A stretch of DNA of 64,000 nt. Origin: the human T2T-CHM13v2.0 reference genome, Homo sapiens. The stretch lies in the NCBI RefSeq assembly GCF_009914755.1, contig NC_060934.1; one strand, given 5' to 3'. Numbering within the stretch: the stretch's first letter is position 1; every line of letters starts with the position of its first letter. Both the position numbers and the translations under genes were made by a program. Under the pieces are notes generated by a model that worked only from the letters and a program-made list of their open reading frames with translations, was not told the origin of the DNA and did no database searches. Positions 38,960 to 52,500 of the stretch are shown here, piece by piece.

Positions 38960-39262
38960 TGCTCAGATTCCACATTCTTATAGAGGCCCACCCTGGTTGC
39001 TCGATTTAACACTGCAGCCTGTCCTTCTGTGATGCTCCTGATCCTCTCATGCTGCTCTGCTTTTTCTCCTTCCCTTGCCGCTACCCCTTTTAGCATTCGC
39101 TCTAATTTACTTATTCATGATGATGATTGTAGATTGTCTGGCTACCTCACGCTGAAATATATGCTCACAAGAGCAGTAATCTTTGTCCTCCGTGTTCACT
39201 AGTGTATCCCAAGTACCTGCAACAGTAGCAGGCACTCAATAAACATTTATTGAATGGATTAA
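38960..39262 (+). mobile_element. L2 (L2a-like) 3' end
   Basis: gttcactagtgtatcccaagtacct..gcaggcactcaataaacatttattgaatgga. Confidence 0.8.
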
Positions 39263-41139
39263 TACGTGACTATATGACTGAGGAGTACAGTAGGGTATTG
39301 TAATGACCTTGGAAAAAACGTGGTATATTATTCAGAAAGTCAGTCCTGAGAAATTGATGGCATTAATCTACCAATGTTATAAAAGTCTTTTGTTTTGGGG
39401 GGTGTTGATGTATAATGGCAAAATGAGAAGTAGAGGGTGGCAGACCACAGCATAATCCTGCAGCTAGCTTTGCTCAGGGAATGACCTTACATGTTTTCTT
39501 GGTTAGGTTGAGTTGAGTTGAGTCAGAAATTCTTTTTATTTTTGCTCCCATGAAAAACAAACTAACTAACAATCAGCAACAAAAACATCACATTCAGCCT
39601 AAACTCCTGGATTGGTACTGAGGGATATTCTCAGTGGGGAGTGCTGTGCTGTCCTGTGCACTGCCTTCTACCTAGCCATGCTGGAGGCACCTTGCTCCTG
39701 TGTTCTGTGGTGATTTGAGGCTCTGGGTTCTGTTTTCCATGGTCAAAACTTCTCTTCATCAGCCCAGAGTACATGTTTCAGATTGTTGAAATGAGTTGTT
39801 CCCACTCAAGCCTTGGGTTTGTGTGACACTGTTAATAGTCATCACCAGTCAGCAGACAACAGAAGCCGCTATCAGCTACCCTCTCAGCAAGATATTCACG
39901 AGTCCACCCGAGTCGCCTCAGAAGCAGCATATCCTAACTCATTTTATCTACGGATCGTGTGTGAGACACAGAGAGTCAGACACACACTGTTACTTATAAA
40001 TTTTTTTTACATCTTTCCACGGTAAGATGCCTACACTTTAATTATGAACTTTTTATTTTTTGTGGTGGGGATGGCAGCTGGGCAAAAGGGTAAGATAGTG
40101 AGAGGAGGACAGGGCCAGAAGAAATTCTAAAGGATAGGATACATCAGCTTCTTTCCCAAACTCTCCTCGTTTAGTAAATGACGGCACGTGAAAGCAGAAC
40201 ATTTGGCACTTTGCACCAATATTATGGTGTAAAATTATAGTTAGGAATATTGTGTAAAAACCGTAATAGTTTGCAGTTATAGCTATAGTGAGAACAGCAG
40301 GCAAGACTATAAGCTTTAATTTATGTTGTGCTTTGGACATTTTTCAGAAACTATTTACCCATTACCTCTTAGGTCAGTGGCCTAATAATGCAACAAAGCA
40401 CTTTTTGAAATTGCAGATAATTTTCAGTGCTCAGATCTCTGTGTAGTATTGATGGGGAGGGTGGTTGATTAGGACCTTGGGAATTGTGCTTGATGGGAAC
40501 AATCTGGAAGGAGTGAAAAATTATTAAACACACACAGCGGGAGACGGAGGATTTACCATTGTCATGCGGTGCTATTAATTCTCATTGCTCGGTACAGAGG
40601 CTTGATTGCATACTGTGAATACTGTTTATTGGAGAATGGGTACAATTTTGCTGCAGTTGTTGTAATGTAATACTAAATGCTAATTAGGCTTCTAACAATA
40701 ATTAGAACCTCTTGCCAGACTTAGAAATAGAAACACTCAATTGAATTTACAGAAACAAAGACCTTTAAGCTATGCCAGCAGCAGCATCGGCTTCAAGAAG
40801 TTTTTTACATTTTAGTTACAGAATTGCCAGCACATCTATCTATATATTTTTTTATGGTGTGCATAATGAGTTCATTTATATTCTTGATAGGATTATTTTC
40901 AAAACAAGATAAAGCAAACCTCCCCCTTCAATATCAGATGAAGAAAAACTACAAACAGGTATAAACCAAATGCACCTTTGTTGCCATGCAGACGCCAACT
41001 GCCAGCTATTTAGCTATTTAGCTATTTAGTAGGGTGGGGAAGGCAGGGCTGGGATGGGGAACACGGCTGATTTGGAGGTTAGGGCCATTCCGAATGCTTA
41101 AGGTTTTCCTAGAACCCCATGTTGTCTCCCTTCCTTTGT

Positions 41140-41235
41140 ATACACACACATGCACGCACGCACGCACACACACACACACACGCACATGCATGCACACACA
41201 CACATGCACACGCACGCACACACATGCACACATGC
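41140..41235. repeat. (CA/CG/TG)n alternating purine-pyrimidine tract
   Basis: cacacatgcacgcacgcacgcacaca.. directly visible. Confidence 0.93.
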
Positions 41236-44200
41236 CTCAAATACCACCTGATTGCCAGTGTTGATTCCTTGGATCAGCTCCCTAAATTGCCTTCTTAAAG
41301 CTCAGAGTCCTGAGGCGATAAGCTCTTCTTTGGTGCTTGGCTTTGTCAACCCTTTCTAATCAACCAGGATGGCAAAACTCTCTCAGTAAAGTAAGGAATG
41401 CGTCAGATGTGCTCAGCAATGAGAAATAATTAGCTGAAAGTTTCCCTGGCATTCCCTGAGCCTTGTGGTTTCGCCCCCATCACCGTGGCAGGAACGTTGG
41501 GCCATCCCAAGAATGTGGCCATGGGTATCTGCAGCAGTCTGGGAGGGCCTGGGCATGTTTCTTGGCATGTGGGCAGGTTGCAGTACCATCATCTGGGTTG
41601 GTTTGGCAGCGGTTGAGCAAGGCCTTTGTTGTTGGGGTATCAATGCTATATTTAATTTCCTAATCCTGTTTTGTTTTGTTTTTAAACCCAGAGATACAAA
41701 GACTTCAGCAAACCTCATTGACTCTCCCTTCACAAATACACCACATGAAACAATTGAGCATGCCTCCCTCCTTTTAATCTTAACTCAGCCTAAGTTGGCT
41801 AGCTGTTCTTCGGTGCTGATAATTAGGTGCTTGACATGATGTATCATGTTGCCCCTTAGTCTGGAGCCATCATGGTAATAGAAATATAATCCTGAAGCCC
41901 TGTTCTGGAACAGTCTTAAGAAAACCTATAGTTATCACTGCTGCACTGGTGCCAAATTTCTGGGTGAAGTGAGTTTTTACAGGTTTCACTGGTTACTGAG
42001 AAACACGTTTTATGATGGAAACGCTGGAAGCACAGTTTTGCTCCAGCCTCCAGGGTGAGGCATGGCTAACTCTAAGGAGAGAAGCAATTTCCTGATTTCT
42101 CTCTGGTTTGGGTTAGAGTGGCCATTTTTACAAGCTGTCAAGAAACGATGTTCATAGAAACTTCCACTTTTGTGTCCTTGTTAATATTTCATCAGATTCA
42201 TCAAACGCAGCCCCTTCCCCCATCCAAGTGTCCCTGCCCTCTAACCCCCTGGGGTAAAATTCTTCCTCCTTTTTTTTTTAAACGTAATTTTGAGTTCCTT
42301 TCATGTTTGTTTTTGAACTTCTCCCTGTCTCCTCCTTACCAAGGAGGTAGGGCCTTTGGTGGGGCTGGTGCTGGCCCCAAATCAGCTGCAGCTTCAGGTC
42401 ATCCAAGCCAGTCTCTCCTTTCAGAGGAATTGAGTCACATTCTCTCTCTGCCACTCTTTGGTTTCACAGAGGCCTCTCCTTTCCCTGCCTCACTATTGGA
42501 CTCTCCTTGTCCCATGTAAGTTTGGTGATTTGATCAGATTCTTTCTGCCATTCTTAACCGGTGATAGTGCAGTCTAATTGTGCAACTGGGAACAGACCAA
42601 TTGTTTATAATGATCTCCCAATTTTGCATGAAATCTTAACATTCAGGGCAGAAGACGTCATTGATAAATAATCAATGACCAAAACGCCTTGACTTGGGTG
42701 GCTGATTCCTCTGTGCCCAAGAGTGCCGTGTGAGATGCTAAGTTTAGGTTTGGTCCTAATGGGGTTAAATCAAGTTCCATGACTCGAGGCAAGTGCCCCA
42801 CGTTTGCCTGTCTTGCAGTTTATATGAAGTATGCCAGTGAAATTTCTAAGGAGGCACTGTGGGAGCATTTTTGTCTGCATTTTAGCAAATATGCTTGATT
42901 GCCAGAGGTGCTCACGTTGTGGTTTTTCCCTTCCTGAGGAGACAGTTTTTCTCGAGCTGGTCTGCCGAGAGTCTGTGAAGGATGGGGCCAGAGTGAGTCA
43001 AACGCTCTCTTTCTATTTTCTGGTTACATTTTTCTCGTTCACAAGTCAGTGGCACCTGCAAATGGAAGACTTGCTGAGGTAGCACCTGGCTGATTAGCAA
43101 CTTTTGCTTGGTCCCACTCACACACTGACCGTTAAATTACCTCCTATCAGGCCTGGGCTGTGTGGCCGCTGCGAGAGGCAGGCGGAGGTCACCTCAATAT
43201 GGCTGACATGTTCTGTGTTTTCCCACAGCATGTCACATGTAGCCAGTGCGGCGACTTTGACAAAGTACTGCAGGGTGACCTGGTAGTCTCGGGTCAGAGT
43301 GAGAGAAATTGGTGTTGTACTAAGATGTATGTTAATACATATATTATTTATATGGGCATTAGCGAATGCTATTGTTGCCTTAGCACAAACCCAGGCCCAG
43401 AGATTGGCCTTGGGGTTTTTGCAAGCTTACTTTATCATGTTTCTCCTCACCCCCTCCTCGCTCATGAATAATTAAAAACTTAAATTACTTGCCATGTACA
43501 AAATTCATATGCTGGGGAAAATAGCTACATGAAAATTAATTTTCTGTTCTGTGAGACTGACGGGAAATCAATTAATCTTGATGTATTATTTTATGCAGAA
43601 CAGGGTGCAAGAACCTGCGGAGAGAATGGCTACAGCTGTTCTTGTTGGTCAGGCCATATATTATCGTTGGCGGGTTTGACAGCTTCTGAAGGAAATGGCT
43701 GAGGGGTATCAGGCAGGTGAATCAACTGTAAAAATTTATTGGAGGATACAAACTGTTTCCAGGGAACTGATATAAAACTCACACTTGAGAACTGAAGTAT
43801 TGAATGTTTTTGTGACTGAAGCAGCTTGTTGTCAATATTTATAGCTTTTCTCTTTGTTACATGTCCTATTTGTTTGATTAACTAGTCAGATGTTAGTGTC
43901 TGTCGGTAATTTATCTGTTGTGCCTTCTGTAGCATTTTTGATACATAAAGATTTACCACTAGATAAATAAGGCAGCACACACAATGCAATATGCGAAATA
44001 AAATGACAGAGCTGTTTACAGCATGTTGCAAGTTTTATAACTCATGAGGTAGATCGGTAACTTTTGTTTACTGGTGTCACTGTTTGTTGAAACATGTCTC
44101 AATGTATTAAATACCATGGGGGTAAATAAAGCTCTTTTAAATAAGCAGAGATTGTAATCAACACATACCTCATGGTAAATCATTTAAGAGGCTCTATAAA

Positions 44201-45129
44201 AACGTTTATGTACAGCCATACATAATGCATACATTTCTGAAATAAAATAAAATAAATGCGTGCTTTTAGAATAGGCTGTAGTTACATTCCTCTCCCATGC
44301 CATCGACATCAATTTCCCCTGTAGATGATGGAGGTGCGATGTTCAGACAAATGCTGACGCAGACCGACGGGAGCTGGAGGCTGAGGGGCAGCGGCCTGGC
44401 AGGTGATGTCTCTCCAGTCTTGGGGAATGGCTCCTGGGAACACGGGTGTCTGCTTGCGGCATCACTGGTCATCACAGGCTGGTGGGGCTGGGTGGTTGTG
44501 GCTGTCAGTCTCAGGCAGTTGAGGCTGACTTTTTGTGCAGCCCTGTGTGATGTCTGGATTTAGGGAGACGCCAGGAAAGTGGATGTAGATAATGCTTTAC
44601 CCAGGGCCCCTCTGTGACCACCTGTCTCTTCCCCATCTCCAGGCAACAGCAGCCACTAAGAAGTGCTAGAGTCATTGGCTTCCTAAGAAATTGGCATGAG
44701 CACTCAGGCCCCCTTATCCCTACACAGAGAGGCGGAAACTGTACCATGTGCCTGGCTGTGTATTCTTCAAATATCAGGCTCATGGCATTTCAGCTAAGAA
44801 TCCCAACATCTGTTGATCAGCAACAGACTTGGCAAATAGTGGTGCTTAGTAAGTAGCCCTTGAGACAGAGGACCTGATTTGTGATTCAATTTCTAATAAT
44901 TCATAAATGACTCATGAATAGCACTCAATTTGAGGGCCATTATGACACTTTGAGAGGCATAGTAAGAGTATATTGCATTGATATAGTATGGTGTACTCTT
45001 TTAGAAGCCTGTCATTCATATATATATATATATGGAATTTATGTTAATCAGGATAAGCATATATTAAGGTATGTTTATTAAGTCACAAGAAGATCTCTTA
45101 CTTGGCCAGTTTGTGGGGTGGGGATGGTT

Positions 45130-45721
45130 TGGGATTGCTCTGTAATAGACTACCACTAGCTTAGCAGCATGAAACAACACTGTTTACTAGCTGTAGGTTG
45201 AGAAACCCAGCAAGCCTGCCTGGTAAAGAGTATCAGATAGGAAACAGATAGCAAACAGCACAAGGCTGGAATCAGGGTGTCAGCCCCTGTGTATTTCTTT
45301 CTGGAGGCTCTGGCAAGAACCCACTTCCAGGCTCTGTCATGTCGTTAGCAGAATGCACTTCCTTTTGGCTGTAGGACTGAGGTCCCTGTTTTCTTGCTGG
45401 CTGTTGGCCAGGGCACATTCTCAGACCACATGCCCGCCTCCATCTCAAGTGAGCAACTCTCTCTCATGTTGACTCCTCCTTACCTTTCTGATCTCTCTGA
45501 CATACGCTTCTGCCACCAGCCAGAGAATACCACTGCTTTAAAAAAAAAAAAGGCTCACATGATTAGGTTACACTCACCCAGATAAGCTCCATGTCTTGAG
45601 GCTACTACCTGATTGGTAACCTTCATCTGTGGAATCCCTTTTGGCATGAAACCTCCATAAACATGGAAGTAGGATAAGGGAGCAAGGGTTATGGGGTCAT
45701 CTTAGAATTTTGTCTACCACA
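45130..45721 (-). mobile_element. MLT1E-type LTR
   Basis: caaggctggaatcagggtgtcagc, tctggaggctctgg, gtaggactgaggtccctgttttcttgctggctgttggcc, ends atcttagaattttgtctaccaca. Confidence 0.8.
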
Positions 45722-45889
45722 AGGGTATTTGGTGTGACGTTTATGCTGTGGATTTTTCAGAGCAACCGCGTTCTTAATCCTTATCTTCGTTTTGGTGTCC
45801 TACAACCTGGCCTGGAAAGAAGAGGGCCAACTCTGGGTGGGTTCCATCAACAAGTACATGTAGAGCACCTGCCGCACAGCCAACCTTCC

Positions 45890-46237
45890 TGTTATGGACT
45901 ATTTGTTTATGTCCCCCAAATTTCTGTGTTGAACTCCTAAGCCCCAGTGTGATGGTTTTAGGAGGTGGGGCCTTTGGGGGGTGATTAGGTCATAAGGGTG
46001 GAGCTCTCATGAACGATGGGATTAGTACCCTTATAAAAGGAATCCGTGAGAGCGCTGTGAGGACAGAATGCAAAGACAGTTATCAGCAACCTAGAAGAGG
46101 GCTCACGCCAGGATCAGGCCATGCCGGCACCCTGACTAAGAACTTCCATCCTGCAGAACCACGAAAAATACGTTTCTGTTGTTTGTGAGCCACCAGTGTA
46201 TGGTGCTTTGTTATAACAGCCTGTACTGACTAAGATA
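45890..46237 (+). mobile_element. MLT1A0-type solo LTR
   Basis: tgttatggact..gtcccccaaatt..aggtggggcctttggggggtgattaggtcat..tttgttataacagcc..gactaagata. Confidence 0.88.
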
Positions 46238-46814
46238 CGTGCATTATAGGCAGGAAGTAAAAATCTCTGTAAGATGCACGTTCCTTGCTCTCTCCACGTC
46301 AAAGTTTTTCATACACATATCATGAGATTGTCAGCCAATCAAGGCATCTGAGGACAGGGGCTAAATTAAGTGGGAATTGAGTGGGAAAGTAAATCCTTGG
46401 GAGTTGAAGCAGGCAAAGGAAGGCTTCAGGAGACGAAATGGTCAGTGGGCCTTGAACAAGGCAGACAGTTCAACAAGATGGAGAGAGAGGGGCAAGGCCA
46501 CCCAGGTGGCAAAGAGCCTACTGTGTGGGGAAATAATGGGAAGTCAGATTGAGCTGCAGTGGTGGGTCCTCCCCCAACACTTGAATAGGTGTGCTGTGGG
46601 GGTGGATGGGAGGCACACTATGAAAAATACATGTGTGTTCATGATAAGCCACATGGGGACAGCCACATGTTGAAATCACATGAAGTTCCTTTTTCTTACA
46701 GAAGCCTCTGGAAGGACTCATGTCCTCCATCCCTGCCTACAGCAAGCCTTTGCCAAGGGCCCTCTGCTCTTGGGGTACAGGTGAATCATTCTGAACAGTG
46801 TGAGAAGTTCTATA

Positions 46815-47000
46815 CACAAAGTTCGAAGCCCAGCCTTCACATTGAGATTATCTGAGAAACTTGCAAAAAGGATACCAATGGTCAGGGAGTACCTCAGACC
46901 AACTCGATCAGATTTCTGGTGGTTGGCATGGGGATTGGGATTGTATGGAAATGTTCTCCAGGTGACTTTAATAGCAGCTGGCCAAGGTGAGAATCACTTT
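46815..47000. mobile_element. MER5-like hAT-Charlie MITE
   Basis: cacattgagattatctgagaaacttg..ctcagaccaactcgatcagatttctg..ctccaggtgact..gagaatcact. Confidence 0.6.
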
Positions 47001-47049
47001 AATGTATGATCGGTATGCACAAAACATTATGTGATTAGTGCTATTCATT

Positions 47050-47305
47050 CTGATTAGGAGGTGACATTTGGAGTGGGGTCTTGAAAATTGAGAAGGCGTT
47101 TACCAAGTAGGCAGTGGGGGATGGGGAATTTCAGGCGAAAGGGGAGCATCATGAACAGAAGCATAAAGATGGGGAAGATTATGGTCTGTGTGGAGACGAA
47201 AGCTGCCCACAAGGGAGCGAGGGAGCTGGGAGGGGGTGGTAAGAGATGAGGTGGGAAGGATGGGTTGGGTGAACCTTGAAATAATTGTAGTTGTACTTTG
47301 TGGAA
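47050..47305 (-). mobile_element. L2 fragment
   Basis: ggaggtgacatttggagtggggtcttgaa..ttcaggcgaaaggggagcatcatgaacagaagcata. Confidence 0.6.
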
Positions 47306-48644
47306 GAAAAAAAACTTTATCATCAAGGCTTTGTCCTGATCCAACCTGACCTTCCCCTCAGTTAATCCGAATTACTGAGGTTTGACTCCATGTTCAGTTT
47401 CTCTGAGATTTGCTTTGATTTCTCTTAGAAGTGGAGCTGCTGTTTATTCTCCCGGTGGCTCTGTGTACACGCTCTGCCCGTGGAGCTGCCTGGGATGAGC
47501 CGTGAGTCCTCTGAGAACTGCTTCCTGTTTCGTCTGGTAACTCCTAAGCCTGCCTTTCTTTCCTACAGTCTGCATTTGTGGAAATCTGCAGTATTTGAAG
47601 TTTGGAGGAGATCAATTTTTCATCCTTTCCTTCGTGGGATAAAGAATATTTCAACCACCTCTGGAGACCAAAGAGTTCTGAGAAGTTTTGAAATAGCTTG
47701 GGAAATACACCACGTGCTTCACACTTCATTTTTCTCCTCTCTCTTTCATTGTTTGACTTAATTAAAATATTGTAATGCAAGAAGGAGAGATGAGGCAAAC
47801 GTTTAGAGAAGGAAAAGGAAATGGGTTCATGTTTAAACTGACTCTGAGCAAGCATGGCGATGGTAGTTTGAAAGAATTCTGAGCATGTAGGAAGGTAAAC
47901 TCAAAATGTTCTTCCTGCCTGAGAAGTGATTAAAATACCTGTGAGCACCAACACTATTGTCGTTAATGAAAACTGTGGCCAGCTTTCCCCACCCCCAAGT
48001 GCTCCCCACAACCCAAAGAAAAAATTGGAACATTTTTGGGTCCAAGTTTCACAGATGTTAAGCATTTTGTGATATTACTTAGGGGGTTTCCTGAGCTGCA
48101 TTAAAGTTGAACCACTAGGGTGTTGAAACAGTTGGGCCCCATAATAAAATATACATGAAAAGGAATTGTGAAACATTGGCTGTTGTGTGTTGGTGACAAT
48201 TAGGTTACTGTTTTAAAAAATACATACCCTGGACACATCTATGGGAGCTTTTTAGAGAATTTTGAGTAGCACTAGAGTAAAGGCGGTTGGTAATTTCTCT
48301 GGTTGCCTCTGGCAGGTGGACATAATTTAACAATACCCGTCAGATATGACAAATTGTTTTTGAGTTACATTAGGGCCTTAATAAGATCACATCTGTTCAT
48401 ATATCCTCCTTAACCACAGAGCCTGATTTAGAGAGGTTTCATACTGGTATGATATTGTTGTTTAAATATTTAGAGGGGTCTAGACATGTATCATAAAAGA
48501 ATAGACTCTTGTGTATAAAAACACAGTCCTTTTATTCTCAGTGTTTTTGCTTTCATGGACCTTGCATCATTCTGTCTACTTGAGTGAACCACATGTTGCT
48601 TCTAGGAGCCAGAAAATATATTTCATTCCTCATCAGAGTTAGTG

Positions 48645-48830
48645 TTTTAGAGCTGGAAGAGGCCTTGGAGACCAACTTATCCAGCTCCCCTCCTCTTTAG
48701 GGTAGAAACCTGAGATGGAGACAGAAGGAGGGGACTTATTTAGGGTTTCTCACCCCATTAGTGGCAGAAACAGAATCAGGACTTAGATCTGCCAATTTGT
48801 AGTTCGGTCGTCTTTCTGTTATGCTAGATG
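48645..48830 (-). mobile_element. MIR fragment
   Basis: ttagagctggaagaggccttggagacc..ttagtggcagaaacagaatcagg. Confidence 0.6.
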
Positions 48831-49228
48831 TTCACCTGGGACCTGAAAATGTGGCCATTGAGGCACTTTGATGTGTCACTGTCCCTTAGAGGCTGCAGTC
48901 CTTTCCAGGGGACATTCCTGGCCACTGAGAGGGCCAGGCTCTTTGCTATGTATTCAGATTCAGAGCCCAGATCCTCTAGTTTAGGAATACCTAAACTATC
49001 TCCCTGCCTGAAGACCTTCCTGTGCCAGCGTACTTTCTGTCACTTCCCTGCTGACATGCACAGGCACAGGCAAGTCTCTCTCCCATCTCTGACCACACTG
49101 TGCACGTCCCCAACTCTGCTCACACTGTTCCCTTCTCCTGGAATGTGTCCTCTTTGCTATGTCAGTTACTGTCATGTCCAGCATAAGCTCCATCTTATCA
49201 TGACGTCTCCCAAGCCCACAGAGGTGTG

Positions 49229-49306
49229 TTAGGTCGAATCATGTGAAAATGCTGTTTTATAGGTGAAAAAGGTCAAATATTGTCAGTTTTGTAAGATGCA
49301 ATCTAA
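49229..49306. mobile_element. MADE2 (Hsmar2-derived ~80-bp MITE)
   Basis: ttaggtcgaatcatgtgaaaatg..cagttttgtaagatgcaatctaa, imperfect terminal inverted repeats matching recalled MADE2 consensus. Confidence 0.65.
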
Positions 49307-49399
49307 CTGTAGATTTTTTAATACCCCCATGTTACTCATCTTCTTTTATTCATCATCTCTCTCTCTCTTTCTCTCTCTCTCTCCGTGTGTGTGTATAAT

Positions 49400-49585
49400 A
49401 TAAATTGGGGCAAAATTCACATCATATACATAAAAAATCAGGGTGAAATTCACATAACATGATTCGCATCTTTTAATTTTTTGTTATTAACTATAGTCCT
49501 CATGCTGTACTTTAGACCTCTAGACTTAGTCATTCTACATTACAGCAACTTTGTGCCCTGTGTCCTATATCTTCCCATTTCTTTT
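49400..49585 (-). mobile_element. L1MA-type 3' fragment
   Basis: ttattaactatagtcctcatgctgtactttagacctctagactta..gcaactttgtgccc. Confidence 0.7.
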
Positions 49586-49589
49586 AAAA

Positions 49590-50190
49590 ATAAACTTTAA
49601 AAACACTATATTTTGGAATAATTTTAGATTTACAGAAAAGTTGCAAAGATAGTACAGAGCATTCCTGTAATTCGCCTAACCTAATTTCAGTTTCTCCTAG
49701 TGTTATCATTTCCTATCGCTCTGACACCATTTGTCAAATTTAAGAAAACATTGGAACAATATTATTGATTAAAACTCCAGACTTTATTTGGATTCCACTG
49801 GTTTTTCCATTTCTGTCCTTTTTCTATTCCAGCAACGAACCCAGGGGCCAGAATGCCACACTGCTTTTAGTTATCATGTCTCCTTCGTTTCTGCCGGTCT
49901 GTGACAATTCAGCTTTTCTTTGTTTTTTCGTGATGACCTTGACAGTCAAAACACTGGCCAGGTATTTTGTAGAATGTGCCTCAACGTGGGTTTCATATGA
50001 TGTGTTATTTCATGATTTGTTTGAGTTACGGATTTTGGGAAAAGTACCACACAGGTATCACATTATCTCAAGGGGTACATGATACCAGCCTGGCTTCTCA
50101 CTAGAAATGTTAACCTCAACTACTTGGTTAAGGTATTTGTTTGGGAGGTTTCTGCACTGTGAAGTTACTGTGTTCAGCTTCTTTTCCTAC
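49590..50190 (-). mobile_element. L1MC-type 3' UTR
   Basis: aattttagatttacagaaaagttgcaaagatagtacagag, gatgaccttgaca, ggccaggtattttgtagaatgt, cttggttaaggt..cactgtgaagttact. Confidence 0.82.
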
Positions 50191-51789
50191 TGGCATCTCA
50201 CCACCAGCTAGATGAACATTTCTTCTCTTGGGAGCAGGAGCAGGCTTGGTACTTTCTGTATCTCCCATCATACCTAATGCCATGCCATGTTTTATATAGT
50301 GTAAATGCTCCACAAACATTAGTTAAGAGGTCATTACGTAAATAATTTAATTTCAGACTGACAGAGGTGTTTGGTTTAAACAACTGAAACAATACAATTC
50401 CAACTCACTGAATTCTCCCTGCAAACTAGTTTGGTGGTCTTGGTTCACTGCACTTAAGGGGTAAATCGTAAAACTACTTAAAATTGTTTTCGTTCAAACT
50501 ACCATGAAGAAAGGATTATCTGCTGTCTTTGCTAAGATCAGAACTTCTAGTTCAGGACTCAGGAAAATCTGAGTGTAAATTAGAGAGACACACGTACACT
50601 TTTGTAGCTTCTGCTGCCTTGTAGCGTGGGTGTCCCTATTTGCAGAGGCTCTTACAAATATTTGTCAGAGGGTTTGATGATTCTAGAGCTAAGTCATTGT
50701 TTAATGAATTCCTAATGGCCCCAAAGAATTACCACTGTGAATACATTTTATTTCATCATCATAAAAATCATTTTTCAAATACTTATCTGTGCAGATGTCT
50801 CAGAGTGCGTGGGTAGAGAGTGCTATTTTTGGGGGGGGAGCTTATATTTTGACATGGCCCTTATGGAAGACAGAAACAATTAGGACACATCCTAAAGGAA
50901 AAGAGGGAAGAAAAAAGAATTTTTATTATATTAGAGTTGAAAACTAGAAGCTTTGGAAGTGAGAGGAGGAGGAAGAGGAAGAGGGAGTTGTTCTTTTATA
51001 AATTTCCTTAAACAGAGATCTTAGGGGTAGATCTTATTGGGGTAATTCCTTTCTACTGTGATGGAGAAGTTGGTATTCTGTGATGATGATTTAACCGTGG
51101 TTCTGAAGATATCTATGGGAATTAGAGTAGCTGATTTATTATTCCATTTAAAGAGGTTTCTTTTTTTATTTAATCTTTTTTAATATGGGGAAAAACAACT
51201 CTTCAATAGTATAAATTAGTTCATGCTAGTTTTTCAGTCTGAGAGTCTCATGATAGCTACACTTGCTTCATGCTTTATTATGTAATTTAATTTTTCGTAT
51301 CTTTTATTAGCTGTAAAGTAGGTTTAGAAAAAATAATTAGATTACGAGGTTAAGCCACAGTTAAGATAAAAATGACAGTTCAATAAAAAAAGTCGAATAT
51401 AATTCCTGTCTTCTAAAATAAAATACAGCCGCTAAGAGATTTAATTATGGTATTATTCAAATAAATTTTGCCTCTGCATTGGAAACACTCAGGAAAGAAT
51501 CTCTGAGAAAAACATGTGGTTAACAAGCAAAAAATAATGTGATACATAAAATTATAATTTATGAAATACGATAGGGACCATATTGAGAGGAAGAAGAAAT
51601 AACACAATTGAGTAACTACCCCTAAAGAGATAACTGGGATTACTTAAGTTACTGTGTTGGTGAGACCACTATCTTTGGTCTAACTTTTTGTGTGATAAAT
51701 TGTGAGTTTTCACCATTTGGGTGATCTTGGAATGCTGTATCCTTTCCTTAAAATGATCTGTAAATGATCAGATATTTTAGGGTCATAGG

Positions 51790-51950
51790 GTTCTAAAATT
51801 AGATGTAGAGGAAGCTTCAGAATCTAGCCCTTCATTTTACGTGAGAAGAAAGAAAAGTCCCAAGAAGTCAAGTAGCTTTCCCAGGCTGAGTGTGTAGATG
51901 GTAGGTTTTCAGAGTCCCAATCGAGTGTCCCCTCTTCTACACTAGATTGC
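51790..51950 (-). mobile_element. MIR fragment
   Basis: tctagcccttcattttacgtgagaaga..agaagtcaagtagctttccca. Confidence 0.5.
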
Positions 51951-52098
51951 TATTAGGATTGATTTTTAAAAATTAAATCAATTTTTTTAATAAAGTAAAA
52001 CAAGAATACCATTAAGAAAGTCAAATAGTATTGTTTTGCTTAAGGCTCCTAATAAATAAAAAACTAGTAGTGCCATGACCCACCCTCTGCTAGTCTAA

Positions 52099-52500
<402 letters not shown>

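Noticed and set aside
41004-41029. Short direct repeats: (agctattt)3; cttatcagctcta x2 at 1785-1813; cttgaactata x2 near 61069-61101
   Set aside because: Ordinary slippage products; no repeat-spacer array, not CRISPR-like
49229-49306. MADE2 as a miRNA-like hairpin
   Set aside because: Arms are too diverged (about two-thirds pairing) to claim a pre-miRNA
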